A stretch of 58,136 bases of DNA from an uncultured Syntrophobacterales bacterium (GCA_964346945.1 CAYFXL010000002.1:1-58136); one strand, 5' to 3'; positions 17,525-26,741 are shown, counted from the first letter of the stretch. Notes: generated from the letters alone by a model not told the origin. A program made the numbers and translations.

Positions 17525-17854
17525 ATGAAGCGGTATATTGAGCAGATCCCTATCAGAGGGATTATAATTCCGGTAGACTGGGATCAGGCAGGTAATGTTA
17601 TTAAGGCCGCCATTCTCACCGGTGACGAAGGGGAATATTTGATCGAGGAAAACACAGAGTCCCAGCAATTATTCTATTTGTTGCGCCGGGAAGTGGAGGT
17701 AAGAGGCGTGGTGAGGGAAGAAGCTGGTAGTAAAATAATCAGCGTAGAGAATTTCCGGGAGACCAAATCAGACCGGGGATGGACGGTTTCAGAGTCCATG
17801 AACATAAAACGCAAAGGAGGAAATAAGAATGGAGGAAGTTCCAGCCTGTCCTGA
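17525..17854 (+). CDS. Hypothetical small protein (about 110 aa) overlapping the kamA start
   Basis: ORF 17378..17854 trimmed to ATG 17525 (MKRYIEQIPIRGIIIPVDWDQAGNVIKAAILTGDEGEYLIEEN...). Its 3' end overlaps kamA by 26 nt. No domain recognised. Confidence 0.45.
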   Translation: MKRYIEQIPIRGIIIPVDWDQAGNVIKAAILTGDEGEYLIEENTESQQLFYLLRREVEVRGVVREEAGSKIISVENFRETKSDRGWTVSESMNIKRKGGNKNGGSSSLS

Positions 17855-19019
17855 CGATCACCCTTCCAAGGCAGGGGGTCTTCGGGTATTTTTTGATCAA
17901 GAAACACCCGAAGCAATCCGCCCATGGAATGGTGTGTCCCCCGAACAATGGAACGACTGGAAATGGCAACTTTTCCATCGGATATTCACCTTTGATAAAT
18001 TAAAAACCGCAATTCACCTGACAAAGAGCGAAGAAGAAGCGATTCGCCTGTGCTGGCACAAATTCCCCATGGCTATCACGCCGTACTTCACATCCCTTCT
18101 CGATCCATTCAATCCGAGATGCCCAATCCGATTGCAGTGTATCCCTCGAAAGAAGGAATTGGTTGTTGGGAAGAACGACATGATAGACCCGTGTGGCGAA
18201 GACCAAGATGCTGTGGTTCCCAACCTTGTCCATCGCTATCCAGATCGAGTACTTTTACTCGCCACCACGAAGTGCGCCGTCTACTGCCGATATTGCACTC
18301 GCAGGAGATTGGTAGGAAGGCGGGAGGTTGACATTACGCAAGAAAATCTGGATGCCATCTGGACCTACCTCCGAAAAAACAAGAAAATCCGAGACGTGCT
18401 GATTTCAGGCGGGGATCCATTCCTCCTGGAGGATACCCGTCTGGAATCGATTCTCAGACAGCTTCGAGCTATTCGCCATATCGAGATCGTAAGGATCGGG
18501 ACCCGTGTTCCCGTCACATTACCCATGAGGGTGACTGAAAGTTTCGCCAGCATGCTTCGTCAATATCACCCCCTTTTCGTTAACATCCACTTTACTCATC
18601 CCAAGGAGATCACGCCCGAAGTTCGAGAGGCTTGCAGTATCCTGGCGGATGCGGGAATACCCCTGGGAAGCCAGACCGTCCTTCTTCGAGGAATCAACGA
18701 CCAACCGTCCACCATCAAACAATTAGTCCACGAACTGCTGAAGATCAGGGTTCGTCCTTACTATCTCTATCAATGCGATCCTGCCATGGGCATCGATCAC
18801 TTCAAGACTCCTATATCGAGGGGAATCGAAATTATTCAATCCCTTCGAGGGTTCACGACAGGACACGCCGTCCCGACTTACGTGATCGATGCACCGGGAG
18901 GAGGCGGGAAGATCCCAGTAGGGCCGGACTATGTTCTAGGCTACCAAAACGGAGTTATGACGTTGAGGAATTACGCTGGCGAAATATACCACTATCGTGA
19001 AGCCAGAAAAGGGGCTTGA
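17829..19019 (+). CDS. kamA: Lysine 2,3-aminomutase (radical SAM/PLP, KamA/AblA family)
   Basis: CAVYCRYCTRR cluster motif, LISGGDP and PLP-Lys motif APGGGGKIP. Asp is retained in YQCDPAMG and VIDAPGG, the positions that bind the lysine epsilon-amine. SD AAAGGAGGAAA lies upstream. Confidence 0.85.
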   Translation: MEEVPACPDDHPSKAGGLRVFFDQETPEAIRPWNGVSPEQWNDWKWQLFHRIFTFDKLKTAIHLTKSEEEAIRLCWHKFPMAITPYFTSLLDPFNPRCPIRLQCIPRKKELVVGKNDMIDPCGEDQDAVVPNLVHRYPDRVLLLATTKCAVYCRYCTRRRLVGRREVDITQENLDAIWTYLRKNKKIRDVLISGGDPFLLEDTRLESILRQLRAIRHIEIVRIGTRVPVTLPMRVTESFASMLRQYHPLFVNIHFTHPKEITPEVREACSILADAGIPLGSQTVLLRGINDQPSTIKQLVHELLKIRVRPYYLYQCDPAMGIDHFKTPISRGIEIIQSLRGFTTGHAVPTYVIDAPGGGGKIPVGPDYVLGYQNGVMTLRNYAGEIYHYREARKGA

Positions 19020-19038
19020 AGCCCAGGAGGAGTATCAG

Positions 19039-20001
19039 TTGTCCGAAGCCGTGGACTTAGGCATTGCATGGGAGTGGGAATTCGATGCCGATTTCGTTTT
19101 CAGACTAGACAGAGCCTGTCAACAGGTCGGATTAAGTAGCTATATCGTGCACCCGAACAATCTCTTTGAAACGTGGGAGAGCGTTCAAAAGGGTTCCCTA
19201 TCCTTCCGAACTTTCTTGGATCGGGGTTCAGATAATGTGGAGACTATTCGGGCCCTAGTACGGCACCTCAAGGATATGGGGAAACCGCTCATCAATGACC
19301 CCGATCTTTTGCTGCGGGCAAACGATAAGGCCGTCATGCACTTAGAACTTCTAACCAGGGGAGTAGATGTTCCCTATACGATCATTGTTGGTCCCCAAGA
19401 GGGGGATCACATCCAGGATGTCCCTGAGCTCCAGCACATCGGGACCCCCTTCATCATCAAGCCGGCCAACGGCGGAGGAGGCCGGGGCGTTATCCTTGGC
19501 GCCCAGGATAAAGTCGACGTGGTGAAAGCCCGAAAAATCCTGTGGGGCGACACGATGCTGCTTCAGGAAGAGATCCAGCCCGCCCAACTTCCCCTTGGGA
19601 TGGCTTGGTTTCGCACCTTCATGGTGGACCAAAACGTTCATCTGTGCTGGTGGAATAAGGATACTCATGTCTACCGACCGGTGTTACCCATTGAGGAGGT
19701 CGAATTCGGTTTAGACATGCTGAGAAACATCACCAGAAAGATCGGAGAGGTTTGCCGACTGACGCTTTTTTCCACCGAAATCGCCCAATCCAGTGGCGGG
19801 CGATTTGTGGCCGTTGATTATGTCAATGACCAGCCCGACTTCAGGCCCCGCTCAAAGGCGCCCGACGGGGTCCCTGATCCTGTTTTGAATAATATTGTGA
19901 TGGATATTGTTCGCTGGGTCAAAGAATATGTCCAAGCAGATGAGAGCCGGGGTTCACCTGTCATTCCTCAGACGAAAGGGGAGATCGAGAGGAACGGATG
20001 A
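19039..20001 (+). CDS. ATP-grasp amide ligase (RimK/GshB-like)
   Basis: DKAVMHLELLTRGVDVP, FIIKPANGGGGRGV and LLQEEI motifs. Start is either TTG 19039 (AGGAGG 8 nt upstream) or GTG 18997, which overlaps the kamA end by 23 nt. Confidence 0.7.
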   Translation: MSEAVDLGIAWEWEFDADFVFRLDRACQQVGLSSYIVHPNNLFETWESVQKGSLSFRTFLDRGSDNVETIRALVRHLKDMGKPLINDPDLLLRANDKAVMHLELLTRGVDVPYTIIVGPQEGDHIQDVPELQHIGTPFIIKPANGGGGRGVILGAQDKVDVVKARKILWGDTMLLQEEIQPAQLPLGMAWFRTFMVDQNVHLCWWNKDTHVYRPVLPIEEVEFGLDMLRNITRKIGEVCRLTLFSTEIAQSSGGRFVAVDYVNDQPDFRPRSKAPDGVPDPVLNNIVMDIVRWVKEYVQADESRGSPVIPQTKGEIERNG

Positions 20002-20061
20002 CTCGTGAGAACGGTATATCAGGCTTGCATTCATCCATTACGAAGCACAGGAGAGATGAAG

Positions 20062-21126
20062 ATGAGAATTGGCATCGCCTATGATCTAAAACACGACTTT
20101 TCCATCGATGGGGGACATCCTGACGATTGGCTCGAAGAGTACGACTCTGAAGGCACTATCCAGGCCGTTCAAGATGCAATTGAGGCGCTGGGTCACGAAG
20201 TTTTCCGCCTTGGGGGGGGACGAACCTTCTTGGAACGGATTAGCACCACTCCGGTCGACATGGTCTTTAACCTTGCCGAGGGATGGAAAGGGAGAAACAG
20301 AGAAGCTCACATTCCGGCCTTCCTTGAGATGTTGGAGATTCCCTTCACCCACTCTGACCCATTGACCCTCGCCGTGACCCTTGACAAGGGGATGGCCAAG
20401 AGAATTGTCATCAGCGAGGGAATTCCAACCCCGGCTTTCAAGCTGATGAAGAGTCAAATGGAAGCGGAGAATATAGGCCTTTCATTCCCTCTCTTTGTTA
20501 AGCCGGCCTACGAGGGATCGAGCAAAGGGATCAGCTCCCACTCACGGGTCAACGATGAAGGGGCATTAAAACGTGAGATTGGCCGTCTCTTGGATAACTA
20601 TGGGACACCAGTCCTGGTTGAAACCTTTCTCCCTGGAAGGGAATTCACCGTGGGTATCTTCGGGAATGGTTCACCCTATGTGCTCGGGATCATGGAAGTA
20701 GCCCCTTCCGAAGGCTCGGTTGAGAACTTCATCTATTCTGTTACGGCGAAGCGAGACAGTGATCAGAGAGTCCGATACAGATGTCCCCCAGATCTTTCTG
20801 CCTCGCTGTTACAACGGATCGAGGAGGTTGCACTCGGCTCATACAGGGTTCTCGGATGTAGAGACGTTGCCCGAATCGATATTCGTCTTGGCGACGATGG
20901 CACCCCCTATTTTCTCGAGGCAAATCCCTTACCTGGACTCGCCCCGGGATACAGCGACCTGGTGATCATTGCAGAGTTTATGGGATGGTCCTATGGGCAA
21001 CTCATTGAGACTATTCTGTGCCACGCTTTTGGGCGGTACGGCATCGATGAAAAAGCATACAGTGACATTTCCCTCGTGATGAGGCAAACCGCCCGAACGC
21101 GACCGGCGGCCTCCCACCCTAGCTAG
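20062..21126 (+). CDS. D-alanine--D-alanine ligase-family ATP-grasp ligase (paralog 1)
   Basis: MRIGIAYDLK..EYDSEGTIQAVQDAIEALGHEV, LFVKPAYEGSSKGIS, VLVETFLPGREFTVG and YFLEANPLPGL. ATG 20062 lies 8 nt after GGAG. Confidence 0.75.
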   Translation: MRIGIAYDLKHDFSIDGGHPDDWLEEYDSEGTIQAVQDAIEALGHEVFRLGGGRTFLERISTTPVDMVFNLAEGWKGRNREAHIPAFLEMLEIPFTHSDPLTLAVTLDKGMAKRIVISEGIPTPAFKLMKSQMEAENIGLSFPLFVKPAYEGSSKGISSHSRVNDEGALKREIGRLLDNYGTPVLVETFLPGREFTVGIFGNGSPYVLGIMEVAPSEGSVENFIYSVTAKRDSDQRVRYRCPPDLSASLLQRIEEVALGSYRVLGCRDVARIDIRLGDDGTPYFLEANPLPGLAPGYSDLVIIAEFMGWSYGQLIETILCHAFGRYGIDEKAYSDISLVMRQTARTRPAASHPS

Positions 21127-21183
21127 TTCAATCAACTCAAAAAGCATGATGGGGATTGGATTTTCCCGGTAAAGGGGGATTTC

Positions 21184-22203
21184 TTGGAAAAGTCGCCCGT
21201 TGCAATTGTCTACAATGAGCCCGTCAGCCCGGAGGACTCCTATTCCGAAGCCTCCCGCGATATTCTCGATCAAGTTGAGGCTGTCGAGGGAAGTCTCACC
21301 ACGCTAGGGGTTCCCTCGATCCGTATTCCCTTCACCCGGGATTTGCCATCTTTTGTGGATAAAATCTCGGGTGCGGGGATCCAATATGCCTTCAACCTCT
21401 GTGAATCAGTAGACGAGAATCCCCGGTTGGTTGGATACCCAGCTGCCGTCATGGATATTCTCGGCGTTTCATACACGGGATCTTCCTCGCTGGCACTGGC
21501 GATAACCACGGATAAACTGTATACGAAGTGGCTTTTGAGGGCTCAAGGGGTTCTCACACCCAAATTCGAGACCTACGATAATAGGTTACTCCCCAAACTG
21601 AAAGGCCTCAGGTTTCCGGTTATCATAAAACCTCGGTTCGAGGATGCCTCCATCGGGATCGACCAGGAGTCTGTTGTGAGTGACGAGAAGAAGTTGAGGG
21701 AAACGCTTCCGGAATTCCACGATCGTTTTGGCCCTCTCATCCTAGAAGAGTACATCTCAGGCAGGGAGTTCAATGTGTCGCTCTTTGGGTACCCATCATC
21801 CCATGTGATGCCCATCGCCGAGATATCCTTTGATGGTTTTCCCGGGGAACTCTATCCCATCGTGGGATACAGGGCGAAGTGGGATAGAGAATCATTTGAG
21901 TATCATCACATGCCTCGACTGTTTCCAAAGGATCTTCCGGAGATTCTGGAAAGGAGGATCCGTCGCGCAGCCATGGATTGTTTCCAGCACTTCATGCTGA
22001 GAGATTACGCCCGTGTTGACTTTAGGGTAAACCATTCCGGAGTTGCCTATGTCCTGGAGATCAACGCCAACCCCTGCATCAGCCCCGACGCGGGATTTCC
22101 GGCAGCTCTGGCAGAAGCTGGAATTGACTATGACGGGTTCGTGCGTCAAATGCTCGATTTTGTTCAAAAGAGAAGGGGGGAGACTCATTCTCCAGAGCAT
22201 TGA
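21184..22203 (+). CDS. D-alanine--D-alanine ligase-family ATP-grasp ligase (paralog 2)
   Basis: VAIVYNEP..., VIIKPRFEDASIGID, LILEEYISGREFNVS and YVLEINANPCISP. TTG start follows AAGGGGGA. Confidence 0.75.
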   Translation: MEKSPVAIVYNEPVSPEDSYSEASRDILDQVEAVEGSLTTLGVPSIRIPFTRDLPSFVDKISGAGIQYAFNLCESVDENPRLVGYPAAVMDILGVSYTGSSSLALAITTDKLYTKWLLRAQGVLTPKFETYDNRLLPKLKGLRFPVIIKPRFEDASIGIDQESVVSDEKKLRETLPEFHDRFGPLILEEYISGREFNVSLFGYPSSHVMPIAEISFDGFPGELYPIVGYRAKWDRESFEYHHMPRLFPKDLPEILERRIRRAAMDCFQHFMLRDYARVDFRVNHSGVAYVLEINANPCISPDAGFPAALAEAGIDYDGFVRQMLDFVQKRRGETHSPEH

Positions 22204-22263
22204 AGGGGTTCCAAAACCCTGGCTATAGACCAACATGAACGAACATGGAGCCATGAGAGATAC

Positions 22264-22842
22264 ATGAAAAGAACTGCGAAGCTCGAAACTCTGAAGAAGC
22301 TGAGCTTCATCGAGAAAAGGAAAATTCGAAGGCCTTTCACCCTGAGGGGAAGAGAGGGAGAGTCGGAGATTCGCTTTAGGACACTCAAACGTGCGGATAG
22401 GGAAAAAATCCGAGAGGTTCTGGAGGATGTTAAATCCTTTACCCCTGAAGAGATTTCGGTCGCACTTTCCCTGCTGGATGAGACTTTAGGTGGTAGTACT
22501 GCCTATCGTTTTCTGGTTGCAACCGACGAACGTGACACGGCCCTCGGTTACATCTGTTATGGCCAGGCTCCCATGACCTCTAGCACCTGGGATATCTACT
22601 GGATCGCAGTCTCCAGGAGATTTCAGAAAAGACATATCGGCAATATGCTCCTTCGAGGGGCTGAAGACGAGATTTGTGCTGAAGGAGGAAGGCTGATCAT
22701 CATTGAAACGTCAACTAAACCATCTTACCGTTCTACCAGGAGATTTTATGAGAAGATGGGATATCGCGTGAGCGCGAGGATTGCGAAATTCTATTCCGAG
22801 AGAGATGACAAGCTCGTCTACAGCAAGTATTTTTCGTCCTGA
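22264..22842 (+). CDS. GNAT-family N-acyltransferase
   Basis: Acyl-CoA binding segment IAVSRRFQKRHIGNMLL and C-terminal FYEKMGY. Confidence 0.75.
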   Translation: MKRTAKLETLKKLSFIEKRKIRRPFTLRGREGESEIRFRTLKRADREKIREVLEDVKSFTPEEISVALSLLDETLGGSTAYRFLVATDERDTALGYICYGQAPMTSSTWDIYWIAVSRRFQKRHIGNMLLRGAEDEICAEGGRLIIIETSTKPSYRSTRRFYEKMGYRVSARIAKFYSERDDKLVYSKYFSS

Positions 22843-23018
22843 GGGAAGGCACGTGGACCGTTCAGATCATCCCTCCCGTGATAATTTCGTACTCCATTAT
22901 GAGTCCAATGGAAAGACCGAAAAATCCTTCCATGAAGTTCTCAAAGAACGACCTTCGTTGAAGGAGTTTTAGACGCTCATGGTACTAGGCCATAGCCCTT
23001 TGTAATTCTGAGGTGTGC

Positions 23019-24542
23019 ATGCCAACTGAGACTTTCCGCCCCATAAGGGAAATCAAAAGCCCGACTCTGTCTCTTCTATCCTTGCAGCGCCAAGGGGCCC
23101 GAGCTGACACCTCGGAGGTCAGAGATTACGGTATGCACACTAGCAAAGATCAAAAGATTTTACGCCTTAAGTTGAAAAAGGGCCTTCGGGACGCGACGCT
23201 TGATGGATCATCCTATTCGGTCATGACTTCCCTGACAAACGGGGTGTTCCTTACGGGGTTTGCTCTGGCACTGGGTGCCAGTCATTTCGAGATTGGGGTC
23301 ATTGCCTCCTTACCTCTGCTGGCCCCCATGGTTCAGTTACCCGTCTCCCCCTTTCTTGCCCGAAAGCGCCTTAAGAGCATCTGCCTCTGGACATCCTTTT
23401 TGGGGCGGTCGGCATGGGGAGCCATTGCTCTGCTCCCCTTAATTGCAGCGTCCTCCCTTTCGCATTCGGCTGTCTGGATCTTAATCCTCGGTCTGGCCGT
23501 CTATCACTGTTCTGCTTCTATCGCTAGTATATCCTGGATTTCCTGGATGACTGAACTTGTCCCGGAAAAGATTCGAGGACGGTATTTTGGAAACAGAAAC
23601 GTGGCCATCGGAGCCGTTGGAATGATTGCAACCCTTGGAGCGGGATTTCTGATTAAACGGTATGATGTATGGTTCAAGCCCGAGGACTTGACTGGCTTCA
23701 CGTTTTTATTTCTGGCCGCCCTCATGTTTGGATATACGAGCATGCTCTTCCTGAGGAAGGTTCCGTTCTCCTCAGGTTTCGACGAGAAAACACACCGGTC
23801 TTTTGCTCAATCTCTCTCAACGGTTTTGAGGGACAAGAGATTTCTCATTTTCATTCTTTTCAGCTCTTGTTGGGGTTTTGGGGTAAATCTGGCATCGCCC
23901 TTCTTCACGGTCTTTATGTTTCAAGATCTTTATCTCGGATATGAGACCATTGCCCTTTATACGGGATTGACCCTGATGGCCAATTTACTGGGGATGTGGT
24001 TTTGGGGAAGGGCTTCAGATCGGTATGGAAATAAACCGGTCATGCAGTCAATGGGGCTTTTGGCGGCCATCTTTCCATTTCTCTGGGTCCTCGCCACGCC
24101 AAACACTGTCAGGTACATGGGCCCTTTTAACCATTTATTGGGCGGTTTTTGTTGGGCCGGAATCAACCTCACCTCTGTTAATCTGCTTCTGAAACTAGCA
24201 AGAAAGGGGGAACAGGCTGTCTATTTTGGCGCACACGCATTTGCTTGCAGCCTCTTTATTGCACTCGGACCCCTGGTAGGAGGCATACTTTCGGAGCATT
24301 TCTCTCATCTGAACCTCAGGCTGGGAGCGCTGCATATCTATCACCTCCATTTTGTCTTCATTTTTTCGACGTTCCTCCGGTATGGCTCTCTCATGCTACT
24401 TCGATGGGTCCCCGAACCAAAAGGGGTTCCTGTTTTTAGTATGATAAAGGCCCTCAGCAATATAAAGAGATTGAGCACGATGATGGGGTTGCAGCCCTTG
24501 ATCCATCCGGCTTTGATCCAGTCAGTGAAATTAAGAAAATGA
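23019..24542 (+). CDS. MFS transporter (paralog of 9312..10820)
   Basis: Multi-TM profile with WGRASDRYGNKPVM. ATG 23019 has GAGGT 5 nt upstream. Alignment with the paralog favours the alternative ATG 23133. Confidence 0.75.
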   Translation: MPTETFRPIREIKSPTLSLLSLQRQGARADTSEVRDYGMHTSKDQKILRLKLKKGLRDATLDGSSYSVMTSLTNGVFLTGFALALGASHFEIGVIASLPLLAPMVQLPVSPFLARKRLKSICLWTSFLGRSAWGAIALLPLIAASSLSHSAVWILILGLAVYHCSASIASISWISWMTELVPEKIRGRYFGNRNVAIGAVGMIATLGAGFLIKRYDVWFKPEDLTGFTFLFLAALMFGYTSMLFLRKVPFSSGFDEKTHRSFAQSLSTVLRDKRFLIFILFSSCWGFGVNLASPFFTVFMFQDLYLGYETIALYTGLTLMANLLGMWFWGRASDRYGNKPVMQSMGLLAAIFPFLWVLATPNTVRYMGPFNHLLGGFCWAGINLTSVNLLLKLARKGEQAVYFGAHAFACSLFIALGPLVGGILSEHFSHLNLRLGALHIYHLHFVFIFSTFLRYGSLMLLRWVPEPKGVPVFSMIKALSNIKRLSTMMGLQPLIHPALIQSVKLRK

Positions 24543-24749
24543 ACAGAGTTCCCTAGTGAGAAACGGTGCACCAAAGCCAATAAAAGGAGCATCTTGATCA
24601 GAATTCCAGAGTAAGGCAGCAGATTTTCGGATGTTTGCTCGAACTGGTTCCCATCAACGGAAATCGAAATTACGTCCGAATGGTTGTGCTGTCCTTCAGA
24701 AGTTCAAGGGGTATCATGGTCCAAAGAGATGATAAAGAAGGAGATCCGC

Positions 24750-26171
24750 ATGAAGACCAACCATTGCAAGGCCCTTCAGACAATCCACCGCGAAATAGAT
24801 ATGATGTTCCCGGATCACTTGGAAAAGTGTCGCGAATTTCTCCGCCAAAAGAGCGTTTCCGCCACGGGTGAGGGACTCCTGGGAACCGCTGAGCTGATAA
24901 GGGAGCGTCTCGAAGGAATAGGAGCCGAGGTTTGGTTCTATGGTCAAGATAAGAGCCCGATTATTCTTGGTCAGTATGGGGGAGACCATTCGAGAACGCT
25001 CTTGATCTACGGGATGTACGACGTTCAACCGGCTGAAGAGCAAGGGTGGATTTCCCCACCCTTTGAAGCCAAAATTGTCAACCTTCCACGCTTTGGGGAT
25101 TGCGTCATCGCCCGGGGAGCGGTCAATTCCAAGGGGGCCTTGGCAGGCGTTATGAATGTCCTCGCGACTATGGCCCATTCGGATCTCCTCCCGGTTAACC
25201 TGATTTTCGTCATCGAGGGAGAGGAGGAGATAGGAAGCCCAAACCTTCCTCCTTGTATTGCTCAACACGCGAATTTGCTTCGATCAGCTGACGGGGTGGT
25301 GGATTTCGATTTCTCGGAGGACACGCGGGGAAAGGTCAGCATGCATCTCGGGTTGAAGGGTATCGTCTACATGGATCTAACCCTACAGGGTGGCAAGAAA
25401 AGTGGTTCCCAATTCGAAGAGTTACACAGTTCGGTCAGCGCGTGGATCCGATCTCCTGTTTGGCGCATGGTTCACGCCCTGGCCTCCTTGGTGGAACGTT
25501 CCGAGAGGATAAAAGTCGAGGGGTTCTATGAGAACGTGGCGAAACTTTCCCGAAAGGATCTTGCACTCTTGCGGAAGCTGGAAAAAGTCTTTGACCCGGA
25601 AGCCTTTCTCAAAGAAATGAAAAGCCTCTCTTTCAAGACCAATCGGCGGGGCATCCAGTTGTTAAAGACAGGCCTTTATCAACCGGTAATTAACATTAAT
25701 GGGATTCACGCCGGATATACCGGGCCGGGAACAAAAACGGTGCTCCCCAGGACAGCCACGGCGAAGATCGATATCCGCTTTGGCCCGAATATGGAAGGCG
25801 ACGAGGTAGTGGATAAAATCCAGAGGCACTTCAAGCAGTTGGGTTACGATGACCTTCAAATTCGCATGAGGGATAATTACCCCTGGTCAAAGACAGATCC
25901 GGACGATCCCTTGGTCAAAACGATGCTCTCGGCCTACCGTGCCCACAGAATAGAGCCCCAGGTGTGGCCCCTGGCCACATGGGCGGCTCCTTATTTCGCC
26001 TTCAGTCGGCCGCTGGAGCTCCCCGTCGTGGCCGGAGGATTAGGACATGGTGGCCACGCTCACGCCCGCAATGAGTACTTTGTGGTCGAGGGACTGAAGC
26101 GATTTGAGAAATTTGTGGCAACTTTTTTGTACAAGTTTGCTAGTCAACGAAAGAACCCTCACACGGCTTGA
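24750..26171 (+). CDS. M20-family metallopeptidase/deacylase homolog (Dug1/CNDP-like) with an atypical metal site
   Basis: LLIYGMYDVQPAEEQGWISPPF, ARGAVNSKGA, VIEGEEEIGS and GGHAHARNEY. ATG 24750 follows AAGGAG. The expected His (GHYD) is Met and the expected Asp (DDKG) is Asn. Confidence 0.7.
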   Translation: MKTNHCKALQTIHREIDMMFPDHLEKCREFLRQKSVSATGEGLLGTAELIRERLEGIGAEVWFYGQDKSPIILGQYGGDHSRTLLIYGMYDVQPAEEQGWISPPFEAKIVNLPRFGDCVIARGAVNSKGALAGVMNVLATMAHSDLLPVNLIFVIEGEEEIGSPNLPPCIAQHANLLRSADGVVDFDFSEDTRGKVSMHLGLKGIVYMDLTLQGGKKSGSQFEELHSSVSAWIRSPVWRMVHALASLVERSERIKVEGFYENVAKLSRKDLALLRKLEKVFDPEAFLKEMKSLSFKTNRRGIQLLKTGLYQPVININGIHAGYTGPGTKTVLPRTATAKIDIRFGPNMEGDEVVDKIQRHFKQLGYDDLQIRMRDNYPWSKTDPDDPLVKTMLSAYRAHRIEPQVWPLATWAAPYFAFSRPLELPVVAGGLGHGGHAHARNEYFVVEGLKRFEKFVATFLYKFASQRKNPHTA

Positions 26172-26282
26172 GGGTTGCCAGAGCACTTTGGGAGCACATT
26201 ATCATTTGAAGAAACGAGGGAATTACTGATAGTTGTTCTCCACAATTAACGAAACCGGAATATTACTTGGAGGGACATTTAT

Positions 26283-26741
26283 ATGCAATTGGAGGATAAA
26301 GCAATCCGTCAAGAGAGGCTCTACAGGATGCTTTTAACCAAGCGAGCAGAATTGGCGACTCGAATTAGGGAAGAGCTTGGAGAAAAGATAGCTGAGGATT
26401 TGGAATCCCTCCTGGGTCCAGCCTCAGACCTGGGAGATCTCAGCAGCCTTCACCTTGAACGAGATGTCAAATTTGAACTGCTCACTATGTATACCGAAAA
26501 TATGAAGGATATCGATGAGGCTCTGGATCGAGTCGACGAGGGGACCTACGGGATCTGCACGGAATGCGGTGAAAGGATTGGAGAGAAGCGCCTCCAGGCG
26601 ATGCCTTTTGCCATCTGTTGCCTGGAGTGCCAGCGGGAGAAAGAGAAGTTGAAAGAGACAGGTCGGGGCGAGGTCTGGATGGAAACACAACCCCAAATTG
26701 ACCAGGACCAATCCGATTGGGATGAATCTGGAATAGAATGA
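26283..26741 (+). CDS. DksA/TraR-family C4 zinc-finger protein
   Basis: N-terminal coiled coil, then CTECGERIGEKRLQAMPFAICCLEC (CxxC-x17-CxxC). Confidence 0.8.
   Translation: MQLEDKAIRQERLYRMLLTKRAELATRIREELGEKIAEDLESLLGPASDLGDLSSLHLERDVKFELLTMYTENMKDIDEALDRVDEGTYGICTECGERIGEKRLQAMPFAICCLECQREKEKLKETGRGEVWMETQPQIDQDQSDWDESGIE

Noticed and set aside
24667-24678. The 12-mer aaattacgtccg is shared with 14920-14931, next to the first dyad. That could hint at a second regulatory motif upstream of the M20 gene.
   Set aside because: On the order of 100 exact 12-mer pairs are expected by chance within 58 kb. No sigma54 promoter or dyad accompanies the second copy.
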